Sequence record: OQ873415.1
Source: Escherichia phage PECP20
Direction: 5' to 3' (one strand)
Length of the DNA stretch: 64,000 bases
Shown: one piece after another, positions 33,342-45,359 of the stretch
How the letters are laid out: each line of letters opens with the position of its first letter
Position numbering within the stretch: position 1 is the first letter of the stretch
Notes under the pieces: model-generated
What the model saw: the letters and a program-made list of their open reading frames with translations, nothing else
The model's database searches: none
Told to the model about the DNA's origin: nothing
Position numbers and translations under genes: made by a program

Positions 33342-35074
33342 TGGAAATGATTAGCAGTAGCCTTAATTGGTTCGTGGGTGTTGTTGAGGACAGAATGGAC
33401 CCATTAAAACAAGGGCGAGTTCGAGTTCGAGTCGTTGGTCTTCATCCAGCACAGAGAGCACAAGGTGATGTACAAGGTATTCCTACAGAAAAACTTCCGT
33501 GGATGACTGTTATTCAACCTATTACGTCTGCATCAATTTCAGGTATTGGTGGTTCTGTTACAGGTCCTGTTGAAGGAACTCGAGTATACGGTCATTTCTT
33601 AGACAAATGGAAAACAAACGGGATTGTACTTGGTACATACGGCGGAATCGTACGTGAAAAGCCTAATAGACTTGAAGGTTTTTCAGACCCGACTGGCCAA
33701 TATCCGCGACGTTTAGGTAATGATACGAACGTATTAAACCAAGGTGGTGAAGCTGGTTATTATTCAAACTCTAACGTAATTCAAGATAACAACTTGGATT
33801 ATGGTATAAACCCAGATGATACAGATTTGGCAAATATTCCAGAAGATGATGACCCTAATTTTACAATAACAGAAATGTTACGTCGTGACGAAGGACTTCG
33901 TGATAAAGTGTATTGGGACCATCTAGGGTATCCTACAGTAGGTATTGGACACCTTATCGTAATGGAAAAGACCCGAGATATGTCTCGAATTAATAAATTG
34001 TTATCTGATCAAGTAGGGCGTGAAGTAACAGGAAATCCAGGGACTATTACATTAGAAGAAGCAACAGCGTTATTTGAGAAAGACCTTGCTAAGATGCAGA
34101 AAGATATTCGTTCTAATTCTAAAGTAGGTCCTGTTTATGCCAAAATGAATAGGTCTCGCCAAATGGCATTAGAAAACATGTGCTTCCAAATGGGTGTTGG
34201 CGGTGTAGCAAAATTCAATACTATGCTTAAAGCAATGGCCACAGGTGATTGGAAAACTGCATACAAATCTGGGCGTGATTCGTTATGGTTCCAACAGACT
34301 AAAGGACGTGCTTCACGCGTAACAACAATTATTTTAACTGGTAACATGGAATCATACGGTGTTCCTGTTAAAACACCACCTTCGCCTGGTGTTGGTGCCG
34401 ATTTAGTTACTAGAAATACAGATCCAGAAGACCCGGCTGGTCCTCCTGTTCCATTAGATTCGCGTATCCTTTTTAAAGAACCTGAATCAAGTTATCGCGG
34501 TGAATACCCGTATGTTCATGCTATGGAAACAGAAAGCGGTCATATCCAAGAATTTGATGACACTCCAGGTAACGAACGTTATCGCTTAGTTCATCCAACA
34601 GGGTCATATGAGGAAGTTTCTCCATCCGGGCGTCGTACTCGTAAAACTGTAGAAGACCTTTTTGACATCACTAATGGTGATGGGAATTTCCTGGTTTCTG
34701 GTGATAAACTTGTTAACGTTGGTGCTAATGAAATATATTATAACATGGCAGACCGCCTCCATCAAATAGATGGCAACGACACAATCTTTATTCGTGGCAA
34801 CCAAGTTAAAACTGTTGAAGGCGATGGAACTCTTTACGTTAAGGGCAATATCAAAATAGTCGTTGACGGGAATGCAGATATTCTTGTTAAAGGCGATGCT
34901 AAAACTCAAGTTGAAGGGAATCATGACTATACTGTCAATGGTAATGTTAAATGGACTGTCAATGGTAATGTTGATATGACTGTTGCTGGTGATTGGTCGG
35001 AGACAATGACTACAATGAGCTCAATAGCTTCAGGACAATATACTGTTGACGGATCTCGTATTGATATTGGGTAA
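33341..35074 (+). CDS. 5: baseplate central hub and tail lysozyme gp5
   Basis: 577 aa; OB-fold N-terminus, lysozyme domain DEGLRDKVYWDHLGYPTVGIGHL, C-terminal VxGxxxxxx beta-helix repeats. Confidence 0.95.
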   Translation: MEMISSSLNWFVGVVEDRMDPLKQGRVRVRVVGLHPAQRAQGDVQGIPTEKLPWMTVIQPITSASISGIGGSVTGPVEGTRVYGHFLDKWKTNGIVLGTYGGIVREKPNRLEGFSDPTGQYPRRLGNDTNVLNQGGEAGYYSNSNVIQDNNLDYGINPDDTDLANIPEDDDPNFTITEMLRRDEGLRDKVYWDHLGYPTVGIGHLIVMEKTRDMSRINKLLSDQVGREVTGNPGTITLEEATALFEKDLAKMQKDIRSNSKVGPVYAKMNRSRQMALENMCFQMGVGGVAKFNTMLKAMATGDWKTAYKSGRDSLWFQQTKGRASRVTTIILTGNMESYGVPVKTPPSPGVGADLVTRNTDPEDPAGPPVPLDSRILFKEPESSYRGEYPYVHAMETESGHIQEFDDTPGNERYRLVHPTGSYEEVSPSGRRTRKTVEDLFDITNGDGNFLVSGDKLVNVGANEIYYNMADRLHQIDGNDTIFIRGNQVKTVEGDGTLYVKGNIKIVVDGNADILVKGDAKTQVEGNHDYTVNGNVKWTVNGNVDMTVAGDWSETMTTMSSIASGQYTVDGSRIDIG

Positions 35075-35077
35075 TAT

Positions 35078-35593
35078 ATGGCACAAATACTTCCTTTAAA
35101 TACCGACTTAGGAGAAGACATGGAAGGGGCGTCTATTGACGTCCTTTTTACTCCGCAGCTAGAAACGTCCGAAACTTTAGTGTCAATAAATATAACAGAT
35201 TATGAACCGACACAAGGCATTACGGTAGATGGTAATCGTTTATATGGAACATATGAAAGTGTGTTTAGCTTTTCTTCGGATGCATTGAAATATCGATTAA
35301 ATGATGATTTTAAAACTGCATCTTCATGGGATGATTTACCGAAAGATGAATCCGCACAGTTATATTTGTGGAGAGCTCCTCAGAATCTTCGTAAAGTGTT
35401 TAGTTATACGGTTGAAATGATTTATAACTACCAAGAAGAAAGTTCATCAGGCGGCTCAAGAAGTGACTCTAGTACAGAACCTCCGCCAGCTCCGGTACAA
35501 AAAACTCTTACTAAGGTTTATACAAAAACTATAGTAGGAAATTGGAGCAAATGGGCCCAACAATTACGAAACTATGTTTATGCGAGGTCATAA
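35078..35593 (+). CDS. 5.1: gp5.1 hypothetical protein
   Basis: 171 aa at the T4 5.1 position. Confidence 0.7.
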   Translation: MAQILPLNTDLGEDMEGASIDVLFTPQLETSETLVSINITDYEPTQGITVDGNRLYGTYESVFSFSSDALKYRLNDDFKTASSWDDLPKDESAQLYLWRAPQNLRKVFSYTVEMIYNYQEESSSGGSRSDSSTEPPPAPVQKTLTKVYTKTIVGNWSKWAQQLRNYVYARS

Positions 35594-35595
35594 AA

Positions 35596-35889
35596 ATGTC
35601 TGGATTAAGTTACGACCAGTGCGTTACAACAGGTCATGAAGCATGGCCTCCTACAGTAATTAATGCTTCTCAATCTAAAGTATTCACAGGCGGTATTCCT
35701 GTTCTTGTAGCAGGAGACCAAATAACACCTCATACAGAAATTAAAAAACCGTACGAGACTCATGGTGGTGTTACTGAACCTCGTACATCTAAAGTATATG
35801 TCACCGGTAAAAAGGCCGTTCAAATGGCTGACCCAATTTCATGCGGGGACACTGTTTCTCAGGCCTCGTCAAAAGTCTTTATAAAATAG
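35596..35889 (+). CDS. 5.4: gp5.4 PAAR-repeat spike tip protein
   Basis: Start at ATG 35596 ([20 protein letters not shown]...), 97 aa. Confidence 0.85.
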   Translation: MSGLSYDQCVTTGHEAWPPTVINASQSKVFTGGIPVLVAGDQITPHTEIKKPYETHGGVTEPRTSKVYVTGKKAVQMADPISCGDTVSQASSKVFIK

Positions 35890-35897
35890 GAATTAAA

Positions 35898-37868
35898 ATG
35901 GCAAACACTCCTGTAAATTATCAGTTAGTCAGAACGGCGAATGCTATTCCCGAAATTTTTATCGGGGGCACATTTGCCGAAATTAAAACAAATATAATCG
36001 AATGGCTCAATGGACAGAACGAATTTCTTGATTATGATTTTGAAGGTTCGCGTTTAAACGTATTGTGCGACCTTTTAGCATATAATACTCTTTATATCCA
36101 ACAGTTCAGTAATAGTGCGGTGTATGAAAGCTTTATGCGCACTGCAAACTTGCGTAGCTCTGTTGTACAAGCGGCTCAAGATAACGGATACCTGCCTTCA
36201 TCTAAATCGGCAGCACAAACAGAAATTATGCTCACATGTACGGATGCATTAAATAGAAACTATATCACTATTCCACGTGGTACTCGTTTCCTGGCGTATG
36301 CTAAAGGTACTTCTGTAAATCCATATAACTTTGTTTCCACAGAAGACGTCATTGTAGTTAAAGACAAAAATAATCAATATTTCCCACGTCTTAGGTTAGC
36401 TCAGGGACGTATTGTTCGTACTGAATTAACATTTGATAAATTAAAACCTATCATTATTCGTGATAAGAACATTGACCGTAATTTGGTTAAATTGTATGTT
36501 GACGGAGCAGAATGGATTAACTGGACTCGCAAATCGATGGTTCATGCTGGTTCTACTTCAACCATTTATTATATGCGAGAAACTGTTGACGGGAACACTG
36601 AATTTTATTTTGGTGAAGGTGAAATCTCTATTAACACGTCAGAAGGTGCTTTAACATCTAACTACATTGGCGGCCTTAAACCTGTCCAGGGTTCTAAAAT
36701 CGTAATTGAATATATTTCTACTAATGGTGCTGAAGCAAATGGTGCAGTAGGATTCTCTTATGCTGATACATTAGCTAATATCACAGTTATTGGAATTAAT
36801 GAAAACCCAAGTAATAACCCTGACTTCGTTGGTGCGGATGGCGGTGGCGACCCTGAAGATATTGAACGTATCCGTGAATTAGGTACAATTAAACGCGAAA
36901 CTCAACAACGATGTGTGACTGCGACCGATTACGACACATTCGTCTCTGAACGATTTGGTTCTATTATTCAAGCGGTTCAGACATTTACGGATTCATCTAA
37001 GCCTGGGTACGCATTTATTGCTGCTAAACCTAAGTCTGGGCTATATTTGACTTCCGTCCAACGAGACGATATTAAAAATTATCTTAATGAGTATAACTTA
37101 GGGACGATAACTCCTGTTGTTATTTCTCCTGATTATTTGTTTATTAAAATGAATATTCGCGTTACGTATGCATTGAACAAATTACAAGAATCTGAACAAT
37201 GGTTAGAAGGCCAAATTATTAATAAAATCGACCGGTATTATATTGAAGACGTGGAAATTTTTAACTCGTCATTCGCAAAATCTAAAATGCTAACGTATGT
37301 CGATGACGCAGATATTTCTATCATTGGTTCGTCTGCGACTATTCAAATGGTTCGCGAGGTACAGAACTTCTACAAAACACCTGAAACAGGTATTAAATAC
37401 AATAACCAGATTAAAGATAGAACATTAGAATCTAACGTGTTTTCATTTGATAGTTTACGCGTTGACCCTGAAACGGAAGATACTATTAAATATGACGTTC
37501 GCATTGTAGGTTCAGATAGAAATGACCGTGGCATTGGACAAGTTATTATTGGCCCGTTTGCAGATGGTGACGTTATAGAAAATGCTTATATTCAACCATA
37601 TACTGGTGACGATTTTAATAAACTTCATGTTACGGACGGAAGAAACAAATATTACTCTATAGGTGAAGTAAATTATCCGGCTGATTCAATTTATTGGAAT
37701 ATAGCTAAAATTGATTTAACTTCCGATAGATTTGAAGTTCAAACTATTGAACTCTATTCAGACCCAGCTGATGATGTTATCTTTACTAAAGACGGGTCAT
37801 TAATTGTATTTGAAAATGACTTACGTCCACAATATTTAACCATAGATTTGGAGCCTATTTCACAATGA
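35898..37868 (+). CDS. 6: baseplate wedge protein gp6
   Basis: Start at ATG 35898 (MANTPVNYQLV...); about 656 aa. Confidence 0.9.
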   Translation: MANTPVNYQLVRTANAIPEIFIGGTFAEIKTNIIEWLNGQNEFLDYDFEGSRLNVLCDLLAYNTLYIQQFSNSAVYESFMRTANLRSSVVQAAQDNGYLPSSKSAAQTEIMLTCTDALNRNYITIPRGTRFLAYAKGTSVNPYNFVSTEDVIVVKDKNNQYFPRLRLAQGRIVRTELTFDKLKPIIIRDKNIDRNLVKLYVDGAEWINWTRKSMVHAGSTSTIYYMRETVDGNTEFYFGEGEISINTSEGALTSNYIGGLKPVQGSKIVIEYISTNGAEANGAVGFSYADTLANITVIGINENPSNNPDFVGADGGGDPEDIERIRELGTIKRETQQRCVTATDYDTFVSERFGSIIQAVQTFTDSSKPGYAFIAAKPKSGLYLTSVQRDDIKNYLNEYNLGTITPVVISPDYLFIKMNIRVTYALNKLQESEQWLEGQIINKIDRYYIEDVEIFNSSFAKSKMLTYVDDADISIIGSSATIQMVREVQNFYKTPETGIKYNNQIKDRTLESNVFSFDSLRVDPETEDTIKYDVRIVGSDRNDRGIGQVIIGPFADGDVIENAYIQPYTGDDFNKLHVTDGRNKYYSIGEVNYPADSIYWNIAKIDLTSDRFEVQTIELYSDPADDVIFTKDGSLIVFENDLRPQYLTIDLEPISQ

Positions 37869-40800
37869 CAGTAAAAGCGCCAGCAGTCACGAGTCTCAGA
37901 TTATCTAAATTGTCCGCAAACCAAGTTCAAATTCGCTGGGATGAGGTTGGCGCTAATTTCTACTATTTTGTGGAAATAGCTGAGACCAAAACAGCTAACG
38001 GGGAAGAAATTCCCCGTAATAGCTATAGATGGACTAATTTAGGATATACCGCTGATAACAATTTCTTTGAGTCTGGTTTAAATTCATTAACAACATATAT
38101 GATGCGTGTGGCTACAGCAGCGGAGGGATTTGAGCAGTCTGATTGGAGATACACTGAAGAGTTTGAAACATTTGAAATAAACGCTTACACATTCCAACAT
38201 ATGATTGAAATGCAATTAGCTAACGAGTTTATTTCTGAAAAATTTACAAAAAATAATACAAACTACGTTGATTTTAATAATGACACGATCATGGCAGCAC
38301 TGATGAGCGAGTCGTTCCAATTTAGTCCTGCATACACCGATGTGTCGTCGATTAGAAATTTTATAATTGGTGAAAATCAGTATCATGAAATCCAGGGGCA
38401 TATCCAGGATGTATGTAAAGATATAAATCGAGTATATCTAATGGAATCTGAAGGAATTCTTTACCTTTTTGAAAGATTCCAACCTATTGTAAAAGTATCT
38501 AATGATAAAGGCCAAACATGGAAAGCGGTTAAATTGCTTAATGACCGTGTAGGATATCCACTTTCACGAACCGTATATTACCAATCAGAATATACGACGT
38601 ATTTGCTCGGCTATGATAAGATTTTTTACGGGCGTAAATCATCGGATATTCGTTGGTCTGCTGATGATGTTCGTTTCAGTTCACAAGACGTAACATTTGC
38701 TAAAATCGGGGACCAATTAAATTTAGGTTTTGATGTAGAGATTTTCGGTACATACGCGTCATTACCAGGAAACGTATCACGTATTGCAGAAGCTATTACT
38801 TGTAATGATGACTATGTTTATATTGCGGCCAGAGATAAAGTTCGCTTCGTTAAAACCAGTAACGCTCCTATTGATTCAGATCCATTATCTCCGACCTATT
38901 CCGAACGGTTGTTTGAACCTGAGACGTTTACAATAACAGGCAACCCTAAAGCAGTTTGTTATAAAATGGATTCTGTTGGTGGAAGAATATTCGCTCTTAT
39001 TATTGGTGAAGTTGAAAACGTTAATGACGACCCAAGAACAAAGCCTATTTTGGATTCCGTTGATAAAGGTGTATACGTTTTAGACCATGACGCTGGAACA
39101 TTTAAAAGGATATTTGGTAATACCGAAGAAGAACGCCGTCGTATAGAACCGGCTTTCACCAATATGTCTACTGATGGTGTTGAGCTTTATATCTCTTCTA
39201 GTAATTTTAAATTTTTAGAATCTGATATTGTTGACGACCCAGAAACGCAATCTAAGTACGGACTTTTTGGAGCAGTTAAGTATGAATATCCTAGAGAATG
39301 GCTCGCAGATAAACATTACCATATGATGATTTTCGCATCAAACGAAGAAAGTAATTGGGAAACTTTTTCACCAACTCCTATGCAGTATTATGCAGAACCT
39401 TTCTTTAGTTATTCTAGAAAATCAGGCACACGTTCTTGGATTAATAACTCTGATAGAGCGGTAGTGATTTATTCTGATTTGCTTTACACAAAGGTAGTGG
39501 AAAGCTACCCTAGCACTTCACCTGATCGTAAAGTTCACGAATACTGGAATGATGGCGATTGTAAGATTGTTATGCCGAATATAGAATTCACTGGATTTAA
39601 AAAATACGCATCTGGTATGTTGTTTTATAAATCATCAGGTGAAATAATTTCATATTATGATTTTAGTTATCGTGTTAGAGATAACGTTTCTATAATTTGG
39701 AAGCCCACTAACGTATTTTTGACCGCCTCATTACAAAACCAAGAAAAAGAAACTTCTTGGGTTCCTGTTGAAGAGACAGGTCTAGCTGACCCGGATTTAC
39801 GCCCATTACTCACTACAATGATGCCAGAGTCTTATCTGTTGGATAGTACAAACTTTGAAGCATTTTGTGAAGCGTATATTCAATATCTTTCTGATGGATA
39901 CGGGACTCATTATAATAACTTATTGAATTTGATTAAAAATAAATACCCACGAGAAGAACACGCATGGGAATATCTTTGGTCTGAAATTTATAAACGGAAC
40001 ATTTATTTGAATGCTGAGAAACGTGATTTAGTTTCTAGGTTCTTTGAGTCCAGAAGTTATGATTTTTATTCTACTAAAGGAACTGAAGCGTCGTATAAGT
40101 TTTTGTTTAAAGTTCTTTATAACGAAGACGTTGAAGTGGAAATTGAGTCATCTGCTGGAACAGAGTACGATATCATAATTCAATCTGATTCTATAAGTGA
40201 AGATTTGGTTGGACAAACTATATACACCGCTACAGGTAGATGTAATGTTACATATTTAGAAAGAAGCTATTCTAAAGGTAAATTACAATGGACTGTGACT
40301 ATTCATAACCTTTTAGGTAGGCTTTTAGTCGGTCAAGAAGTAAAAGCCGAAAGACTAGCAGATTTTGAAGGTGAAATAGTTCGCGGTATTAAAGGTAAAG
40401 AACTTGCCCAAAACACTATCGATTATTTTAATCGTGGTAGAGCTTATTACGTCATGAAAATAAAGTCAAATCTTCCATCCTCTCGTTGGAAATCTGACGT
40501 ACTACGTTTTGTACATCCGGTAGGATTTGGATTTATTGCAATAACCTTATTAACAATGTTTATTAATACAGGATTAACGCTTAAACATGTTGAAACTATT
40601 ATTAATAAATATAAAAATTATAAGTGGGATTCCGGACTGCCTACGGAATATGCAGACCGCGTCGCTCGTTTAGACCCTCAAGGTAATGTAGAATTCAATC
40701 CTGTTACAGGTGAAGTAATTTATGATGCTGGTCCTTATGCCGGTATCGAATACCCTTTACCTGCAAATTATAATGAAGAAAATGATAACTCTATTTTCCA

Positions 40801-40963
40801 AGGACAATTACCGTCCGAACGACGCAAGCCAATGAGCCCATTATTTGATGCATCAGGTACAACGTTCTCTAGATTTAGAGAGCTTGTTAATGAAAGATTG
40901 TTAGATAACGTGGGAAATCCTAGAGACCCGATTAATCCACCACAGGTTAAATTAGATGAATGA
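37865..40963 (+). CDS. 7: baseplate wedge protein gp7
   Basis: 1032 aa, same length as T4 gp7; synteny. Confidence 0.9.
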   Translation: MTVKAPAVTSLRLSKLSANQVQIRWDEVGANFYYFVEIAETKTANGEEIPRNSYRWTNLGYTADNNFFESGLNSLTTYMMRVATAAEGFEQSDWRYTEEFETFEINAYTFQHMIEMQLANEFISEKFTKNNTNYVDFNNDTIMAALMSESFQFSPAYTDVSSIRNFIIGENQYHEIQGHIQDVCKDINRVYLMESEGILYLFERFQPIVKVSNDKGQTWKAVKLLNDRVGYPLSRTVYYQSEYTTYLLGYDKIFYGRKSSDIRWSADDVRFSSQDVTFAKIGDQLNLGFDVEIFGTYASLPGNVSRIAEAITCNDDYVYIAARDKVRFVKTSNAPIDSDPLSPTYSERLFEPETFTITGNPKAVCYKMDSVGGRIFALIIGEVENVNDDPRTKPILDSVDKGVYVLDHDAGTFKRIFGNTEEERRRIEPAFTNMSTDGVELYISSSNFKFLESDIVDDPETQSKYGLFGAVKYEYPREWLADKHYHMMIFASNEESNWETFSPTPMQYYAEPFFSYSRKSGTRSWINNSDRAVVIYSDLLYTKVVESYPSTSPDRKVHEYWNDGDCKIVMPNIEFTGFKKYASGMLFYKSSGEIISYYDFSYRVRDNVSIIWKPTNVFLTASLQNQEKETSWVPVEETGLADPDLRPLLTTMMPESYLLDSTNFEAFCEAYIQYLSDGYGTHYNNLLNLIKNKYPREEHAWEYLWSEIYKRNIYLNAEKRDLVSRFFESRSYDFYSTKGTEASYKFLFKVLYNEDVEVEIESSAGTEYDIIIQSDSISEDLVGQTIYTATGRCNVTYLERSYSKGKLQWTVTIHNLLGRLLVGQEVKAERLADFEGEIVRGIKGKELAQNTIDYFNRGRAYYVMKIKSNLPSSRWKSDVLRFVHPVGFGFIAITLLTMFINTGLTLKHVETIINKYKNYKWDSGLPTEYADRVARLDPQGNVEFNPVTGEVIYDAGPYAGIEYPLPANYNEENDNSIFQGQLPSERRKPMSPLFDASGTTFSRFRELVNERLLDNVGNPRDPINPPQVKLDE

Positions 40964-41960
40964 TTCAAGTGTTGTCTATCGTGCGATAGTTACTTCAAAA
41001 TTTAGAACTGAAAAAATGTTGAATTTTTACAATTCAATAGGTGATGGCGATAATAAAAACACCATCTTTATAACGTTTGGTCGGTCTGAACCATGGGCTG
41101 CTAATGAAAATGAGGTGGGCTTCGCCCCACCGTATCCAACAGACTCGGTTTTAGGTGTAACAGATATGTGGACTAACATGATGGGTTTAGTTAAAGTTAT
41201 CCCATCTATGTTAGACTCGGTTATTCCTAGACGTGACTGGGGAGATATTCGTTATCCGGACCCTTATACATTCAAAATAAATGATATAGTCGTATGTAAT
41301 ACAGCCCCATATAATGCCACTGAAGTCGGAGCTGGATGGTTAGTATACCGTTGCGTAGATGTTCCTGATGTTGGGATGTGTTCTATTGAGTCTCTCGACA
41401 ACAAAGAAGAATGTCTTAAATTAGGCGGTAAATGGACTCCATCTGTTAGGTCTTTAACCCCTCCTGAAGGCCGTGGAGACGCTGAAGGGATTATCGAAGT
41501 TGGTGATGGATATATATGGGAGTATCTTTATGAGATTCCACCCGATGTGTCTATAAACCGATGTACTAATGAATATATAGTCGTTCCATGGCCGGAAGAA
41601 GTTAAAGAAGACCCTGCTCGGTGGGGATATGAAAACAATCTAACCTGGCAACAAGATGATTTTGGCCTTGTGTATAGAGTTAAAGCAAACATAATTCGTT
41701 TTAAAGCCTATTTAGACTCAGTTTATTTCCCTAATGCAGCACTGCCTGGTAATAAAGGATTTAGACAAATTTCTATTATCACAAACCCCTTGGAAGCTAA
41801 ACTCCGTCCTAATGACCCTAATATAAAAGCTGAAAAGGATTATTATGACCCCAGAGATTTACAGCGTCATTCGGGTGAAATGATTTATATGGAAAACCGT
41901 CCACCTATTATTATGGCAATGGACCAAACCGAAGAGATCAATATTTTGTTTATGTTCTAA
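40956..41960 (+). CDS. 8: baseplate wedge protein gp8
   Basis: 334 aa; synteny. Confidence 0.9.
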   Translation: MNDSSVVYRAIVTSKFRTEKMLNFYNSIGDGDNKNTIFITFGRSEPWAANENEVGFAPPYPTDSVLGVTDMWTNMMGLVKVIPSMLDSVIPRRDWGDIRYPDPYTFKINDIVVCNTAPYNATEVGAGWLVYRCVDVPDVGMCSIESLDNKEECLKLGGKWTPSVRSLTPPEGRGDAEGIIEVGDGYIWEYLYEIPPDVSINRCTNEYIVVPWPEEVKEDPARWGYENNLTWQQDDFGLVYRVKANIIRFKAYLDSVYFPNAALPGNKGFRQISIITNPLEAKLRPNDPNIKAEKDYYDPRDLQRHSGEMIYMENRPPIIMAMDQTEEINILFMF

Positions 41961-41964
41961 TTTA

Positions 41965-41988
41965 GGGAGACTTCGGTCTCCCTTTCGT
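41965..41988 (+). terminator. hairpin GGGAGAC-UUCG-GUCUCCC after gene 8
   Basis: Perfect 7-bp stem then UUUCGUG; identical stem recurs at 61315-61332. Confidence 0.55.
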
Positions 41989-41989
41989 G

Positions 41990-41997
41990 TATAAATA
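41990..41997 (+). promoter_or_regulatory. late promoter TATAAATA upstream of gene 9
   Basis: Exact TATAAATA after gene 8 terminator hairpin. Confidence 0.65.
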
Positions 41998-42022
41998 GTA
42001 TAAACTATTAAGGATTAGCCAC

Positions 42023-42886
42023 ATGTATATTCAAACTCCAAAACAATTGATTGACGTTGGCGAAATTGGTAACGCTTCTACAGGCGATATCCTTTTTGAC
42101 GGCGGTGTTAAAATAAACAATGATATAAATGCTATTTACAATGCGTTTGGCGACCAACGAAAAATGGCAACTGCTAATGGGACAGGACCAAATGGACAAA
42201 TAATCCATGCTACTGGATACTACCAAAAAGGAGGTCCTACTGATTATTTCACCCCTGTTCCAGTAGGAAGTAGACACGACATAGATGCTTCCACCGGTGG
42301 TGTTATTGTTACTGTTGCTAGAGGTGAACTCGGTGATTCCGTGGAATTTATAAATTCAAACGGGTCAATTTCGGTAAACAACCCATTAAGTATCCAAGCA
42401 TTAGATTCTATTAAAGGTGTTGCAGGTAATTTAGTTATAACCACACCTTATACTAAAGTTACTCTTCGTTGTATTTCTTCTGGTACAGGCGGCTCAATAT
42501 GGGATTATTCTACAGAAAGTATGTTTAGTCATACCGAAATTCCTGTAGACGGGACATGGAATATTATTTCAGACTATGTCAATATTCCTCTATTTTATAA
42601 AACTGAATATAATGCTGCTAAACTTTTGGTTACATGCCAATCTGCCAACGGCAGAAAAATTAAATCATGCGAAATAAATATTCTAATAGATACAATTAAT
42701 TCAAGAGTTATTTCAACCGAATACGCAGTGATGCGCGTTGGTAATGATAACGAAGAAGATGAAATTGCGAATATTAGTTTTTCGATAATTAACAATTTTG
42801 CCACTATGACAGTTTCTTCACATATAAATGGTCTTCGAGTGGCAGCTAAAGTTATTTCAACTCAGAAAATTAGGGTCGCTCAATAA
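42023..42886 (+). CDS. 9: baseplate wedge / long tail fiber connector gp9
   Basis: 287 aa; late promoter upstream; synteny. Confidence 0.9.
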   Translation: MYIQTPKQLIDVGEIGNASTGDILFDGGVKINNDINAIYNAFGDQRKMATANGTGPNGQIIHATGYYQKGGPTDYFTPVPVGSRHDIDASTGGVIVTVARGELGDSVEFINSNGSISVNNPLSIQALDSIKGVAGNLVITTPYTKVTLRCISSGTGGSIWDYSTESMFSHTEIPVDGTWNIISDYVNIPLFYKTEYNAAKLLVTCQSANGRKIKSCEINILIDTINSRVISTEYAVMRVGNDNEEDEIANISFSIINNFATMTVSSHINGLRVAAKVISTQKIRVAQ

Positions 42887-44700
42887 TGAAACAAAATATT
42901 AAAATTGGGAACGTCGTTGATGACGGACAAGGCGATTACCTTCGTCGTGGTGGTGCAAAAATTAATGAAAACTTTGATGAGTTGTATTATGAATTAGGCG
43001 ATGGCGAAGTTCCATATTCCGCTGGTGCCTGGAAAACATACCATTCTTCAGATGGACTTAATTTAGCTGCTGAATGGGGTAAATCATACGCAATTGATAC
43101 TTCAACAGGGCGTGTTTCTATAAATTTACCTAAAGGAACAGTGGAAGATTATAATAAAGTAATTAGAGCCCGTGATGTATTCGCCACGTGGAATATTAAC
43201 CCTGTAACATTAATTGCTGCCAGCGGTGATACTATTAAAGGTTCTTCCAGCCCAGTAGAAATCAATGTGCAGTTTTCAGACTTAGAATTAGTTTACTGTT
43301 CTCCTGGGCGCTGGGAATACGTTAAAAATAAACAAATAGACAAAATTACTAGTTCTGATATTAGTAGTGTAGCTCGTAAAGAATTTTTAGTCGAAGTTCA
43401 AGGTCAAACTGATTTTCTTGATGTATTTGGGTCTGTTTCTTATAATGTGAATAATATCCGTGTAAAACATCGTGGTAACGAATTATACTACGGTGATGCG
43501 TTCAGTGACAATAGCGACTTTGGTTCTCCAGGAGCTAATCCTGGAGAAATCGTTGCATTAGATGGTAAAAACATCCGTTTAAGACAACCATGTAATATTG
43601 GCGACACCGTACAAATTGAAACCTTTTTGGATGGGATTACACAATTACGCAGTTCTTATTCTCGCCGCCAAATACGTATTTTAGATTCGAAATTAACAAC
43701 CCGTCCTTCCTTAGAAGGAAGTGTATATGTCGCTGATTTGTCAACTTTGAAATCTATTCCTTTTTCCGCATTTGGAGTTAATCCTTCAGAACCGGTCAAT
43801 ACCAATTCTTTAGAAGTTCGTTTTAACGGTATTCTTCAAGAATTAGCTGGTACTGTTGGTTTACCTATGTTCAGGTGCGAAGGTGCTGATGCAGAAACTT
43901 CTACCGAGTGTTCAGCTTTAGGTGGGACTTGGGTTACATCTAATACCGATTATTCTATTGAATATGATGATAATGATGCAACTATTGCACGTGCTTTAGT
44001 CTTTGACCGTAAGTTTGAAGACCAAGACATTATTGATATTACATGGTTTAATAACGATTTAGGCACTTTATTAAGTATCGATGACATTTTAGATACAACT
44101 GATGAAAGGTATGTCGCACAAGGCGCAACCGTAAATGTGACAGGCGATGTGGCTTTGACCGATTTCAATAATATCGGATGGCCTAATGTAGAACCTGTTC
44201 CGACATATAGCAGGGAATTCTCGTCTATTGCAAATATTTTTAACACCATTTACCCTGTCGGTACTATTTACGAAAATGCAGTGAACCCTAATAACCCAGC
44301 CACATATTTAGGATTTGGCTCTTGGAAATTATGGGGACAAGGAAAAGTATTAGTTGGATGGAACGACGATATTAGCGATCCTAATTTTGCATTAAATAAT
44401 AACGACCTTGATTCTAGCGGGAATCCTACACATACCGCCGGTGGAACAGTCGGAACAACGTCTAACACACTAACTAATTCTGATTTACCTCCTACTCAAA
44501 CTGACGAGAAAGTTCTTATTTCCGATGAGAACGGTACAATTATTATTGGTGGTTGTCAATACGACCCTGATGCGGAAGGTCCTATATACACCAAATACCG
44601 TGAAGGCCACGCCACAACGAATAGTACACACGTACCGCCTCAAGCTGTAAATAATATTCAACCGTCAATTACCGTATACCGTTGGGTAAGGATTGCATAA
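42886..44700 (+). CDS. 10: baseplate wedge / short tail fiber attachment gp10
   Basis: 604 aa; synteny. Confidence 0.9.
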   Translation: MKQNIKIGNVVDDGQGDYLRRGGAKINENFDELYYELGDGEVPYSAGAWKTYHSSDGLNLAAEWGKSYAIDTSTGRVSINLPKGTVEDYNKVIRARDVFATWNINPVTLIAASGDTIKGSSSPVEINVQFSDLELVYCSPGRWEYVKNKQIDKITSSDISSVARKEFLVEVQGQTDFLDVFGSVSYNVNNIRVKHRGNELYYGDAFSDNSDFGSPGANPGEIVALDGKNIRLRQPCNIGDTVQIETFLDGITQLRSSYSRRQIRILDSKLTTRPSLEGSVYVADLSTLKSIPFSAFGVNPSEPVNTNSLEVRFNGILQELAGTVGLPMFRCEGADAETSTECSALGGTWVTSNTDYSIEYDDNDATIARALVFDRKFEDQDIIDITWFNNDLGTLLSIDDILDTTDERYVAQGATVNVTGDVALTDFNNIGWPNVEPVPTYSREFSSIANIFNTIYPVGTIYENAVNPNNPATYLGFGSWKLWGQGKVLVGWNDDISDPNFALNNNDLDSSGNPTHTAGGTVGTTSNTLTNSDLPPTQTDEKVLISDENGTIIIGGCQYDPDAEGPIYTKYREGHATTNSTHVPPQAVNNIQPSITVYRWVRIA

Positions 44701-45359
44701 TGACCATACTTAATACTAAAGCGGGAGTAATATCCCGCGAAGCAGATTTTTTAGGATTTAGAAAAAATCCTACTCAAATTGATATTTTAAACAACCAAGG
44801 CGTAGGTTCTGTAACTATTTCTCAATTGGCAAAAGGATTCTACGATGATAACGTGGAATCTGCAATAAACGATGTTCATAATATTGCTAGAGCAGATGTA
44901 GGAACAGTTACAATTAACACCTCAGGTGTATCTCCTGAAGGAACTTCACAGGTAGATTATTGGTCATTTAGTGGAAGTGTAACTGACCCTAGTTTGCCCG
45001 ATGGAAGCCCTGTTATTGTAAAAGTTTACGGGCTTCCTGTTAACGCTACTGTAGGTATGACAGCCGACGAATTTGTTGTACAATTACGTACTACTCTCCG
45101 GAATGCGATTTCCGACCAATTGGCTATTGCAGAGTATAAAGATGACCCTACTGTTGGGACTAAATTACAAATAACATATTTAGATAACCAAAGACACATA
45201 CTCCCAACGTATTCCGCTTATGGTATCACGGTTTCTCAAGAAATAGTGTCTCAGGCTAAGTCCGGATACGGCACTTGGAATTTACTAGGTGCGCAAACCA
45301 TTACTCTTGACAACCATACTTCACCTACAACCTTTTATTATTTTGTGAGAAGCGCATGA
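44700..45359 (+). CDS. 11: baseplate wedge / short tail fiber connector gp11
   Basis: Start at ATG 44700 ([20 protein letters not shown]...), 219 aa, close to T4 gp11 as recalled. Confidence 0.9.
   Translation: MTILNTKAGVISREADFLGFRKNPTQIDILNNQGVGSVTISQLAKGFYDDNVESAINDVHNIARADVGTVTINTSGVSPEGTSQVDYWSFSGSVTDPSLPDGSPVIVKVYGLPVNATVGMTADEFVVQLRTTLRNAISDQLAIAEYKDDPTVGTKLQITYLDNQRHILPTYSAYGITVSQEIVSQAKSGYGTWNLLGAQTITLDNHTSPTTFYYFVRSA

Noticed and set aside
34135-34924. Minus-strand ORFs inside late structural genes (34135-34347, 34604-34924, 47065-47433, 59042-59397, 60886-61356 and others)
   Set aside because: Antisense to highly conserved structural genes (5, wac, 22, 23); no RBS or promoter support.
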